Of a stretch of DNA of 32,709 nt, positions 1-11,549 are shown piece after piece (positions within the stretch are counted from its first letter, which is position 1; each line of letters begins with the position of its first letter). The notes beneath the pieces were generated by a model, which did no database searches, was not told the DNA's origin, and was given only the letters and a program-made list of their open reading frames with translations. The position numbers and the translations under genes were made by a program. Origin of the DNA: Octopus bimaculoides (lineage: Eukaryota); the NCBI RefSeq assembly GCF_001194135.2, contig NC_068983.1, positions 100,580,892 to 100,613,600 of the forward strand, written 5' to 3'.

Positions 1-76
<76 letters not shown>

Positions 77-93
77 TGTATGTGTGTGTGTAT
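1..93. repeat. Compound microsatellite (TA)n-(GA)n-(TG)n
   Basis: Seen directly: TA run to ~33, GA run to ~73, then a short TG run. Confidence 0.97.
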
Positions 94-2040
94 GTTTATC
101 TCTGTTGCCTTTCTCACCAGTAGCACCATGATAAGTGTTGATTTATCTCTCCTACTTAATTTTCATATATTAGTGCATACTTGGCGCAAATCATTTTACT
201 TGCACTATTCTCGCAATATTCACCCATTATTTTACAAATGTATAGGGAGGAGCACTTTCCTCTCGACCCTCACTTTCCTTCGCAAAGTGGAACTTGAAAT
301 GTGAATGAGGGCTTAGCCAAAATGAAAGTATCTATCTTCAGTTCTTTGACTTTCGTCCACCGCACAACTTCTTCTGCCATAACCACCAAGAAGAAGAAAA
401 CTAACTAAACTTTTCGGCGAAAGAAAGATAGTGGTGTTGATCTTTACCATGAATGTTGTTGTTAAACAGATCCGTTCTCCATGCGACTGTCGTTGTTCGA
501 CACAACCCCACAAATCATCAATGCTGGGGAACTGTATGTGCACGCGGTGGACGGTTTCAGCCTGACCGATTAAAAGATTGTCTTTTTCAGGAAATATATA
601 TCCGAGATAAGCTCATGGGGCTTAGGGCTTGGATTTGGTGTGCCATCTCCCCCCTTCACCAATATTTTTTACGGTTCGCACATAGCCCCATACTGTTTCA
701 TGAAAAATCACCATCAAGAACGAGTTGATTTTCTCACCTAAATCTCTAACCGTGACCGTGTCTTCGCTCTGTATTACTGGACCCTAAGCTATACTTAAGT
801 ATGAAAATGCAAAAACAACGACTCTCTTTAAAACTCGCTCTCTATTTTGAGCACTTGGCTCAAAATCTTTATCCATTGTTTCTCCTTTTCTTGGATTCTT
901 GTGAAACCTTGTTCTTCTCTGTCACCAGTTACTCTGACAAATGATGCTCTTCGGATGATTGTACAATTGCTGCTCCTGTTGTTGAGGATGCCAACATCGA
1001 CCAATCTACCGATGCCGGCGCTATTATTGGTATTCGTAGTGATAATGAGATTTCTATTGTTCATAATATTGTCATTCTCGGCGTTTATCAAAAGAGAAAT
1101 CACTTATTTTTCGTTTTTTTTTGTTGAGTAGTGCGTGCGCAAATAAAATTGTTTAATCCTTTGAGAAGAGAGCATTTTCTTTACATTTCTTTATCTACAC
1201 AGTGATATCACTAGTATTATAAGTGGCCATATTTAGAATGTCTTCGAAATAGCAATTCAGCTAGAAATTTTAAAACGTCAAATAAAGCAAAAAGAATTCC
1301 CCCCTTGCGGAACAGAAATCACAAAATTATATACACTAACTCCCGTTTAGAGCGGTTATAAGGAAAACAAGATCAGAAAGTGTCCACTTCAATCATAGAT
1401 AAACGTAAAATCCCGGAACAGTAACAATGAATCTCATTTCGTTGACAATGCCAACAATAGTATTAAATTAATATCGAAAGAGTATATTTACCCTGAACAG
1501 GAGGAGGGTGAGGTCTTCTGCAAATAGTAAATCATTGAAAAAAGAATTAATATTATAAGAATACAAAATTCATTATAGTTTCTTACATAGGAATGAAGCA
1601 AACTATGTGTAGCGCATAGCGGTAGAGGTTTGAATCGACAGGGCATATGCTTGCTACTTATTTTATAGATCCAGTCGGACATATCAGAGATGGTAGCTAG
1701 GACATTCGTTATCCAGAATAATGATGAACTTAATTAAAATTTGCACTCAATACGTGAACGATCGAGACTAGATTATGTATGGCATTATGATATGGAACTC
1801 TTTCGCCTTTGCCACTCTACAGACGAATCTGCTTCAGGAAGGATTTTAACATTGGTACACGACCACAAATTGGTGGATGGGGGGTACAGTCGGTTAAATA
1901 AATCACAACATTTTGTCTGCTTCGTAATTTAAAGACCTTTGAAATGTGAAGAGTAAAGTTTGATCAAGTGAATTGAAATTAGAAAGAAACGTAACTAAAC
2001 ATTTCAAGGCATGCTAATGAGTATGTAACCCGCCACTATA

Positions 2041-2083
<43 letters not shown>
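2041..2083. repeat. (TAG)n microsatellite
   Basis: Seen directly: about 14 perfect TAG units. Confidence 0.97.
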
Positions 2084-2084
<1 letters not shown>

Positions 2085-2619
2085 AAAACATATAGAATGT
2101 GTTTAATGAGTAAAGGCAAAATATTATCATATTCGTCTATCTGTCAAGCAAAATAATGTATCTGCTTGTACATAAAACAATTCTTTCTTTGCAGACAGAA
2201 AATTGGCCCAGTCAAGCAAAATTTGTTTTCCGTATTGTTAAAATTAGATTTATCAGCATATGTAGCCTATCTGTTCAATATTAGCTTCGCCGACATCAAT
2301 AAACCTTCTAGCTGACATCATGGCTAAGAGTTTCGACTGAACGAATAAGTGCAGAAGTAAGGATCTGAAGTCATCCAAAATTCCAGTATAAATGTTTATA
2401 TTTACCTAATGCTAATTAGCTGTGAGTCAATATAAGTTTTTCTGGAATTTGTTCAATACAGCAGACGAAAGAGTTTTCGATCAGTGCAGAAGTACATGTG
2501 ACAATATCTGAATGCAACAAAAACAGAAGAAAAAAACTGTCTGAAACCCAGCTTCCATACATTAACAACCAAGAATTGATAACTGATGAATGCATATGCG
2601 AAAAAAGGAAAAAGTCTTA

Positions 2620-2835
2620 AGATGATACTGGTGGTATCTTGTTGATAATGATGGGTTAGGTATTGTTGATGGTGTTCGTGAAAATAGTGGTTTTGCTACG
2701 GTGGTGTGGATATTGCCGCAGTATTGCTAAAATAGTGATGGCACTGTTGGAGGTGCTAATGATGGATGTTACTGGTGTTGCTTGTGTGATGTGACGTCGG
2801 TCGTAAAAATTGCAATGTTGCAAGTGATGATGGTA
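2620..2835. repeat. Degenerate (GAT/GGT/GTT)-rich low-complexity tract
   Basis: G+T-skewed trinucleotide-like sequence (gttgataatgatggg...gtgatgatggt) with no coherent ORF; probably a decayed microsatellite. Confidence 0.55.
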
Positions 2836-5059
2836 TTACATAGTGTGACAATTTTTTTATTGTTTTTTTAATATTTTGTCTTTAGTCAATAAGTGTTATT
2901 TCCTATTTGCTTCTATCTAGAAACCATATGAAATGACTACTCATCCTTTAAAACTTTGCTTTTGTCACCTGAACATCAATGTTTTGTAACTAACCTATAT
3001 TCCATTACATTTCAGACAGATTTAGTGATGGAGTTACTGAAGTAGAAATATCGTTACAGTAAATATTCTGCTTAATACCATAGATTTGATTGTCTATTAC
3101 TTGACCGTAACCACTTGAGCATGTCCCTTAATGGCTGACAATATGTGAATCTCTGATCATAAGTTTTGTTTTAACGGATGCTAGAATAATATTTGTGGGA
3201 AATATGGTCACTTTTACTGTCAGGATGAGCCTGGTGCTAATAAAGATGTTTGTATATACGGTGTAAATGGGAGAATTGTACCGATGTTGAAGTATTTAGG
3301 ACTTTGGATAGGTTTAAGGCTTTGGATATGACGTTATATATTTTCAAATTCAATTTTAATTATTCAAAATGTTTTCCATAATTGGTCAATGAAATACTCA
3401 TATGATACGAGTTTTTATTTCTTTGTTTTGTTTTTAAACTGAACTCATTCCAGTTCAGAACAAACAAACTAAACCCGTATCGAATCATTGTAGAAGTTTC
3501 TACGCGGCCACAAGAAATAATACCGAAGTTGCCTTTTTACCCGCTTAAAAAAAATAAACTACACATTAAATGATGAAGCTCTAGATGCATTATGTCTCTC
3601 TCAAAAAATAAAGGAAGGGCCACTGTTAAAACGATTTTACTTATCATGGCTAATCTGGAGTTTATTAGCAACGTTAAACTGCACCTACTCAAATTACATC
3701 CTTATATACGGAGCTGAAGAATGGTAAATAATACATGAATGCGATTTATTTTATCTCTTGAAATATTTCTATTAATAAGAGACATTAACCTTTGCCTTTT
3801 AAGGTGCTTTGTAGTCAGGCTCTGTATACCGGAAGTCCGGTTACATATCCACTCAGCCATATCATGCAGTCAGCAGAATAGTGGCAGCATGAGATATCAT
3901 TAAATATTTGATATAATTTACATTCTATTATATTTAATATAATTCACATCATCTACATTAATAATTCCCAAGAGAATCAATTCCACACACGAGCAATCTA
4001 CCGAAACTGAGACATCCACAAGATTAGAGATTCCGAAACAGTGAATAACATTTTTATATAAATTAAAGCATCTACAGTTTTCTAAGATTTATAATTTAAC
4101 CTCGTGGTATTTAAATTCAAAACTGAAAGGAGTTAGAACAAACGCTGGAAAGGCGTTTTGTCCAAGATTTTTATTATTCTGATCCGAGAAAAGAACTTGC
4201 CTGGATGGACTAAAACCAATTTTCGATTCACTCCTACATGACTGGCTTATCAAATTACTGGAGTTACGTCAGTTTGACGAAATCATGATGAACTTCGTGA
4301 ATCAACAAAGAAGTGATAGACAGTTTTTACCGACACCAATCGTTCCAGCTTATAGTTATTGTAATCTTCAGCCTTACCGGAATATATACTGCCACATTCT
4401 AAATGAACAGTACTCTTGGTCTTCATCCTATCCTATACTTCTTACCGTTCATTTAGCTTTCAAAATTTTGAGACTACATGGAGAAAGGGAGGACCAGATT
4501 CACTTACCATCTCCTTTTCATCTAAACCTATATGCTGTGAACGGGCCCCTCCTTGAGAGTCTTCTCAGCCTTCTCAAGTAGTTCTTTAAGAATACTTTAA
4601 ATTGAATAAGTGCAAGAAACTAAAGATGAAATAAGGTAAACCGACAATTTCAAACTCTAGAAAGGGTGATAGTAGTGGAGCTAGAAAATTATGCCTTCTA
4701 CAGATATTTGAGCCAAGAAAGTAAAAGTGTATATGGAAACTATCCGAGTGACAATGAAAAATGAATATTGTGATAAAAAAAAACTATATTAAGACCGCAT
4801 CTCCATAGCAAGAACACTAGACTATTCAATACATTTGCATTGACAGGATTGGTTCTATGATACGGGACTAGAGTCAGTAGGCTGTAATATGATAAATCTA
4901 TGGTAATCACAAGTTATTTTAATATTATAAAGAAATGCGTTGAAAAGTAAAACAACACATCAATCTAACTGTTGAACAAAAACATAATAGCACAACTTTC
5001 GCACTTGACCCGGCGCTGAAACTGGACCAAAGAGACTAGCTATAGAAAAAAATAATATC

Positions 5060-5388
5060 TCATAAAAAGCTACACCTTTTCACGTTATCCAAGAATCTCT
5101 TCGGGTGTCTCGGTGCTTGCTTGCGCATCATTACACATGGTATTTTGCAATACACCTGGTGTAGTATTGGTCCTACTGGTTAACGAAAATTGTTCATTTC
5201 ACAAATGGCGAAAGAGAGTGCGCTGCAACTAGACCAAATGTTTCCCAGATCAAAGAGCGGAAGTCTAGCGATAATAAATTAACCAAGTGCTGCCGATGTC
5301 AGCCACCACCATCCAACTTTTAGAGGACAGATTCAGCTCAGCCCTTTATGATTAAGACTGATCACGACTGATCACAATCTCTTCCGTT
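5060..5388 (-). mobile_element. Tx1/L1-clade LINE ORF2 fossil, segment downstream of the RT domain
   Basis: Manual minus-strand translation gives RAELNLSSKSWMVVADIGSTWLIYYR*TSAL*SGKHLV*LQRTLFRHL*NEQF. This resembles the Tx1 post-RT pattern W..RxLSLxGR..V......IxYxL......L..L.R.LFxFLW (recalled). It is collinear with the fragment on the other side of the SINE. The left boundary is approximate. Confidence 0.65.
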
Positions 5389-5546
5389 CATTATTTACAT
5401 TATTTACATTTTACGGATATTTGCCCTCATCTTGTTTGTTGTTAACACAACGATTCGGATGACCCTCCAGCCTTCATTAAGTTTCTTGAGGAAATTTCGA
5501 ACCTGGGTTCTCATTCCTCAGGTATTTTTCGATGTTGTTGTTATTA

Positions 5547-5621
<75 letters not shown>

Positions 5622-5693
5622 TTACTGCCTGGAATCGAACTCGGAATCTTGGGGTTAGTAGCCCGCGCTCATAACCACTGCGCCATATGCCCG
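5389..5693 (-). mobile_element. tRNA-derived SINE with an internal (AAT)n expansion and (ATGTAAATA)n tail
   Basis: Minus strand: GGGCATATGGCGCAGTGGTTATGAGC, with box A TGGCGCAGTGG (5675-5685) and box B GAGTTCGATTCC (5631-5642). Then (AAT)n at ~5542-5617, a 3' body, and the tail ATGTAAATAATGTAAATAATG. Matches an abundant octopus SINE as I recall it. Confidence 0.88.
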
Positions 5694-5699
5694 TGGGCA

Positions 5700-6650
5700 T
5701 GTGGCGTATTGGTTTCTATTTATCTGGTGTTCCAGACAGAATTAGATTTCGAGTCCCTTAACCAGATCCTTGGTCCAGTGGTAGATGCCGACGTCCCGCA
5801 TGGACTTGCTTCTCGAAACGCCAAGTCGCAATGCTACCATCTAGTCCTGGTTAATATGCGTTCAGTTACCGTCTGGCATTCGTTCAGTTAAGTGCCAGCA
5901 AACTGAACTAATTCCAATGTATCCGACACCAAGCGGCGAAGTCATCTGCTTATGCAGACTGCCCTCCTTCGTCCCAGTTCGAGCGGAATTACTTTCAACA
6001 CCTAATGTTTTGCAGCAGGGAATCGATCACCAAAACGTACAAGACAAATGAACAAGAGCATCTTTAGCCGACTGAGTACACGATACGAAACGGTTCTGAT
6101 AGAAGGTCGCTTAGTTTGACCACAGAATAGGTTGCCTCTGAATCTCGTAGCGAAAGCGGAGCTGAAATCAGTAACACTTAGGACAGCCGTCGTGTAATGA
6201 TGGTCGACCCTGCCAAAGGCTTTGGTCTGATCTGAATTCATCAGCGCCCCATTGAAGCCAAATCTGTTCCAGACTCGTTTCACCATGAGGGGAGCGCTAA
6301 GAATATATCTGTCAGGAATATAACACACATCTTCGTGTGCTGCTATCGGCACTTTTGATATTTGCCTAATTTTTAACAACATTTAATAGCTATGAACTTA
6401 AAATTGTCAGGTATGTTACTACCTTTATTAGGGTCCTCGGCATCCTCACTATTTAGCTCACATAACTAAGACTACTCTCTGTAGACGAACAACGTAGAAG
6501 ACGAACAACGATTCTACTATCGCTACCCAAATACTGATCCATTTTTGTAGAACAACGGCTCACAATTAAGTCAAATTCATCCAGATATATGGATTAGTAA
6601 AGTTGTTTTACGCTTCTTCCCCACACGGTACAGTGTTTCGGCTAATCTAT
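5700..6650 (-). mobile_element. Tx1/L1-clade non-LTR retrotransposon reverse transcriptase fossil (pseudogenised)
   Basis: Minus-strand motifs in the expected order: EDPNKGSNIPDNF (~6400-6440), CYIPDRYI, DQTKAFGRVDH (6200-6232; the KAFDRVDH motif), SVVKL..LSEPFRIVYSV..CS..FVLYVL (the QG motif, decayed), SA*ADD (5941-5958; YADD with Tyr mutated to TAA), and ALRLGVSRSKSM..HWT. Multiple stops and frameshifts. The upstream boundary is approximate. Confidence 0.88.
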
Positions 6651-6979
6651 ACTGTTTTTTCTATTCTGGAGTCCCAAATGGCATACTCTTTAAAGCCACT
6701 CTGATTTTATTTTCGTTTTTATGCTCCTGTAGGTAACTGTTTTTCGGTGAATGTTGTGCTACAGAAGCACTAACATTCCAAGATTCTGAACGTTATAATG
6801 CTTCAATAAACTCACAATGTTTATTCTTGAGCTGAAGAGGATATTCAATCTAAATGGTGGATGGATCTTCTGTATGGGCTACAAATTACTGCATTTTTGT
6901 GGTGATTTACGATTTCATTTTTGTTGACAATAATGCTGGTGCTTTGTTCGTTTCTTAAAGGCACTGTGTTTTTATTCTT

Positions 6980-6981
<2 letters not shown>

Positions 6982-7054
<73 letters not shown>
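6982..7054. repeat. (CA)n microsatellite abutting an assembly gap
   Basis: Seen directly; N-run follows at 7055-7128. Confidence 0.97.
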
Positions 7055-8707
7055 NNNNNNNNNNNNNNNNNNNNNNNNNNNNNNNNNNNNNNNNNNNNNN
7101 NNNNNNNNNNNNNNNNNNNNNNNNNNNNATTCGATGTTGTTCCTCTCCGTAGCCGTTTTCTGCATCACTGCTTTGTTCCATCATAACGTTACTGGTGCTG
7201 ACAGAGTTAACACATTCACATTGTTGTTATATTTCTCAGACGAAATCTTCAGAAAAAGTCACTTCTTCGCTTTAACAAGAGTGACTACAATCCAGACGAC
7301 AATGTTAGAGTTACGCCACCACAGCTGTCATGATTACTTCCTCATCACCTTTTATCTTCAATTGTCAAATTGCTAACTGCAGGCTGCGGGGGAAAATCAT
7401 GGTTTTTAACTCCTAATAGATGACAGTTTTTAAACCTACCTTTTCTCGAGAATGTCTTAAGCAATAATAGCAACAACTTCCGTCAGATAAATTTATGAAA
7501 GATTGTGTACATATATGGAGTGTCGGTGTTTACGATCTGAATAGCTCGAAGGTAATAATAATAATACTTTTGTTTTAAGAGGTGACGAGACAGTACAAGA
7601 ATAAGCTACAAAATGTGTAGGCGAAGGTTACGAAGAAATCTGATGAATTAGAAAAAAGTTATACACTGCATACATTCGGGCTAGGCTGCCGGTTAGGAGG
7701 TACTTTCCTTCCACTCGTCTTAGAGGCCCTGTAGCGGATGATGCGAACTGCATTCCTTTCTGAGTAAAGGATTTTTAAAAAACGATGCACATCATGCACT
7801 GCTAACAAGATACGGAAAAGTTATGTTCTATGGTAACTGCAAAAGGACAAAAGCTTTTACTTGTTCCTGCTTTGTAATGCACTGTTTCTTTTATCTAGAG
7901 CAAACTAGAGCTAGTTGCTGTACCCTTTTAATGGAAATTGGGCCTATTACAAACATGGGTTAAATCTTTCGTTTGTTCGTGAGTAGTGGATCATACAAAA
8001 TCTACCGCAGGAACTGAGCCATTATCCGAAAATACATGAAATTTAATAATGGATGGCAGTTGCTCCAGTGCTTTATATATAGAACTCAGTTCTAACAAGT
8101 TTTCAAAATCTACCAAAAGGCATCTTGTATACAAAATTTCATTCAAACTGTACTGCAGTTTTATTTGAAATTAGGTGTTTGCTGGTAGACATTCTCTGAA
8201 TTCTTCTACAAGAATTTAGAGACTACCGTCTTGGAAAAGGAAACATTGGCCAATTTAACCCTGAATATACGAAAGCGATAGGATGACTATAGCAGGAACA
8301 CCTTTGATCAGAGAGTTGCTCTAACGGTGCTGATTTGTGGCTAAATAACAGCTAAATAGTGAGTGTATCTCGGTGATTGTGCCACCTGTAAGAAGTAACA
8401 GCAAAATCAGTAATTTTTTACAATTACACCGCCTCACATTAAAGGTAAAATGTACGTCTTTCCTATGGCTTTTTTTTTAATGTGTTTTTGAGTGAATCTG
8501 ACCATCAAAACCGTCGGAAATCACCCGTTCTCTAGGCAAAGCCACAGTCAATGTGAGTGTGTAATAGTAAAAATTTACAAAATTTTCTTAATCTCCTCTT
8601 TGTTGTCTTAAAATGGAAGAAAATGTGTACCCAGGATAATGTTGTCGGCATGCATTATTTTACCTTAAACAAAGACGTGGTGGTTCCGGCTAAACAATAA
8701 GAACTAA

Positions 8708-8923
8708 GGCAGCGAGCTGGCAGAAACGTTAGCATAGCAGGCGAAATGCTAAGTGGTATTTCGTCTGTCTTTACGTTCTAAGTTCAAATTCCGCCGAGGT
8801 CGACTTTGCCTTTCATTCTTTCGGGGTCGATAAATTAAGTACCATTTGCGTGCTGGAGTCGTTCTAATCGACTGGCCCCCTCTCTCAAAAATATCGGGCC
8901 TTGTGCCTAGAGTAGAAAAGAAT
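8708..8923 (+). mobile_element. Octopus-type tRNA-derived SINE (family A, GGCCTTGTGCCTA tail type)
   Basis: GGCAGCGAGCTGGCAGAAACGTTAG head, B-box-like AAGTTCAAATTCC, central GTCGACTTTGCCTTTCATTCTTTCGGGGTCGATAAATTAAGTACC, and 3' GGCCTTGTGCCTAGAGTAGAAAAGAAT. Homologous to copies at 11205, 14553, 14765 and 16590. Confidence 0.9.
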
Positions 8924-8986
8924 AACGATTATAACTAAATTTTATCTGAAGTGTCTTCTAGACCTCCTTCCTTCATCATTATAAAT

Positions 8987-8987
<1 letters not shown>

Positions 8988-9018
<31 letters not shown>
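8988..9018. repeat. (CA)n microsatellite
   Basis: Seen directly. Confidence 0.95.
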
Positions 9019-9020
<2 letters not shown>

Positions 9021-11204
9021 TGCATAACATTCAATGTGATGTTCCGAAAAAATCATGTAATATAACTTCAGCTCCTGTTTACTCAATTCCTTAACTTTTT
9101 AATGTCTATATTAACCCACAGCAATCTCACTTAACTCCACAAACTTCATTTAAATCTAAAGGGACTCACCGCATGATATGAGGAGTACACTTTTTCTCCA
9201 GACATGAGAATATAAAAAAGAAAACGCCTGAAACTATTCATATTCTTTTGAAAGCCAAGAAACCAAGTAGACTGAAATCTTATTTAGAGTTAAAACATTA
9301 TTTGTAACTAATCAACGAGTTACATATTGGATAATGTATGTCTGAAAACAGAAGAGGAGATGATCAGTAATAAGCAACTTTGAGAATTGACATGGGTTAA
9401 GCAACAACAAAAATAACAGTATGGGGAATGAACTCACGACCTATGAACCCAGTACTTTATTCACTCGGGTAATATGTATAATGTAAGTATTAAAGCAAAC
9501 AATTGTGAAGAAGATTCGACCGATTGACTATTAATATATCCTTGCATTACAACATTTTACAATAAATTCAACATACTGAATAGGAACCGACTTTAGGTTT
9601 TCTTCCAGGATATCTATTATAATAGATACCACAGTCTGCCTCATCAACATATCGTTAAATCTGGATGTGAGTATGGAAAAAGTTAGAAGAGCAAAGATTA
9701 TGTTTTATTTGTAACTGTTTCTTGCGAATAAATATCATAATAATCTGATTTGGAAATTAAAATAACATATTTTTAAAATGTAGATTTACAGAAACTATGC
9801 GGGTTAATAAGGAATTAAAAAGAATCAGACTTTTCTCGGTATCCGTTATATCGATGAAATAGAGAATAGACAGAGAACGAATGCTTTAGTCACTTCTGAA
9901 CGGAATATAATGAAAAACGCTTATCAGTCAGTAAATCTAAATAATAAGATTATTTGATTGTTTACCTGTGTAAGAGCACCTCCATTTTCGTGAGTAACGA
10001 AAAATATTTCAAAATATAGAAATTCACTTTTGTTTAGATTCCTACGCGCGTCTTTGCTTTATTTAAAATGTAGCACGTTCCTAACTAAAAACGTCGTTCC
10101 TACACTCCCAACATAAACCACGGAAGAGAAACAAATTTCGTGTCTTTATTCCTTTATTTATTTGTTTATTTATTTATTTGTTTATCTCTTTATTGACTTA
10201 AGAAATTTTATTTCGTTAATTATAATTTCTTACATTTAGGGTTCAGTGTCGGGTAAGGTAAAGAAAGGTATTGGGAAATATGTGAATTTTGATAATGAAA
10301 ACTGCAGTCAAGTTATGCATTGAGCTGAAGAATAAAAAGTAATCATTAGCTACAGATAAAATTATATATAAAATTCAAACAATAGGAAAATGTGTGTTGT
10401 ATAATATCATTGATTCATTTCCTACAAAAAGTATGGAGAAATCGCCCAGAGTGGTCTGGCTATCCTTGCAAGGACAAAACACCAATAACAACCCTTTGAA
10501 TGGGATAACCAACTAAAGCTCTATTGCTATAAGAATGACAAAGTGTCCTACTAAGACCGTGCTTAGTTGCTATAACGCCATAAATACCTTCGTTATTTCA
10601 AATAGAGCCGAAATCAAATTGTTCTGTGGCCATTTAAAATAAAATAAAAAGAACTAATTTATTGAAATATATTATTAAAATGATTTAGCGAAAAATAATT
10701 TATTCAGCAACTACTCTGAATGTACTTTCTTTAAAATGACACCATGCGCAATATTCTACGTAATTGTCTTTAATATAGAAAGAAAAATAATGAACCTGAC
10801 TCTTCTGTGTTTGGCGTCGAATTGTCTTTCAAAAGCGAAATTAGATTACGTATCCTGATATTTGAGAACAGATATCGTAGAAATAATTTAGAATTTCTGT
10901 ACTGTTAACTTCGTTATTCGTGTGTCTTTCAATCAGCTAGTTGTTTTAGGATTGAATTTATATATAGGAATACAACACCTGAAGACAATCAGTGAAAGAA
11001 CCAATGGAAATATAAATCAAAAATGCATGAAAAATAAAGCCAGGAAATTATAAATTATTTCAGACAAGAAAAATTAAAAGGTTAAACGGTTTCAAACTTC
11101 ACCACTCTCCCAAGGCGCCATATACCTACGACGTTACTTAAGCTGCATCCCAAAGAAGACAAGGTTACTTCTACTCTGAGCACTTTATAAGTGCACTCAA
11201 TGAG

Positions 11205-11434
11205 GCGGCGAGCTGGCAGAAACGTTAGCACGCCGGGCGAAATGCTTAGCGGTATTTCGTCTGCTGCTACGTTCTGAGTTCAAATTCCGCCGAGGTTGAC
11301 TTTGCCTTTCATCCTTTCGGGGTCGATTAAATAAGTACCAGTTACGCACCGGGGTCGATATAATCGACTTAATCCGTTTGTCTGTCTTTGTTTGTCCCCT
11401 CTGTGTGTAGCCCCTTGTGGGTAGTAAAGAAATA
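11205..11434 (+). mobile_element. Full-length tRNA-derived SINE (family A, GTAGCCCCTTGTGGG tail type) with a 12-bp target-site duplication
   Basis: Same head and core as the 8708 copy (box A-like AGCTGGCAGAA, box B GAGTTCAAATTCC). GCACTCAATGAG is repeated exactly at 11193-11204 and 11435-11446. Confidence 0.93.
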
Positions 11435-11510
11435 GCACTCAATGAGACGTTGTAGTTTGCTAAACGCTTGAAAATTGTAGACTGCATCATCCAAAAGTAG
11501 CTATTAAAAG

Positions 11511-11549
11511 GTGAAGGTTTGTCAGTTAGTTAAACTGACAAACCTTCAC
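11511..11549. repeat. Perfect 17-bp inverted repeat with a 5-nt loop
   Basis: GTGAAGGTTTGTCAGTT-agtta-AACTGACAAACCTTCAC, seen directly. Confidence 0.95.

Noticed and set aside
828-1131. Overlapping 91-94 aa ORFs on both strands, one hydrophobic and one with RRASF
   Set aside because: No recognisable domain, a TTG start for the plus ORF, low-complexity triplet composition, and no convincing splice acceptor to link the minus ORF.
5620-5693. tRNA-like sequence with box A and box B
   Set aside because: No closable acceptor stem, a poor anticodon stem, and it is followed by (AAT)n and a SINE body. It is a SINE head, not a tRNA gene.
5432-5891. ORFs with poly-Ile or poly-Leu resembling signal or transmembrane peptides
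   Set aside because: Translation of the (ATT)n microsatellite within the SINE. The same applies to 28543-28779 and the HT/CV-repeat ORFs.
7240-7332. Plus-strand acceptor (ttatatttctcag) followed by RNLQKKSLLRFNKSDYNPDDNVRVTPPQLS*
   Set aside because: Could be a terminal exon, but there is no homology, no linked upstream exon and no clear polyA signal; such acceptors are common by chance in AT-rich DNA.
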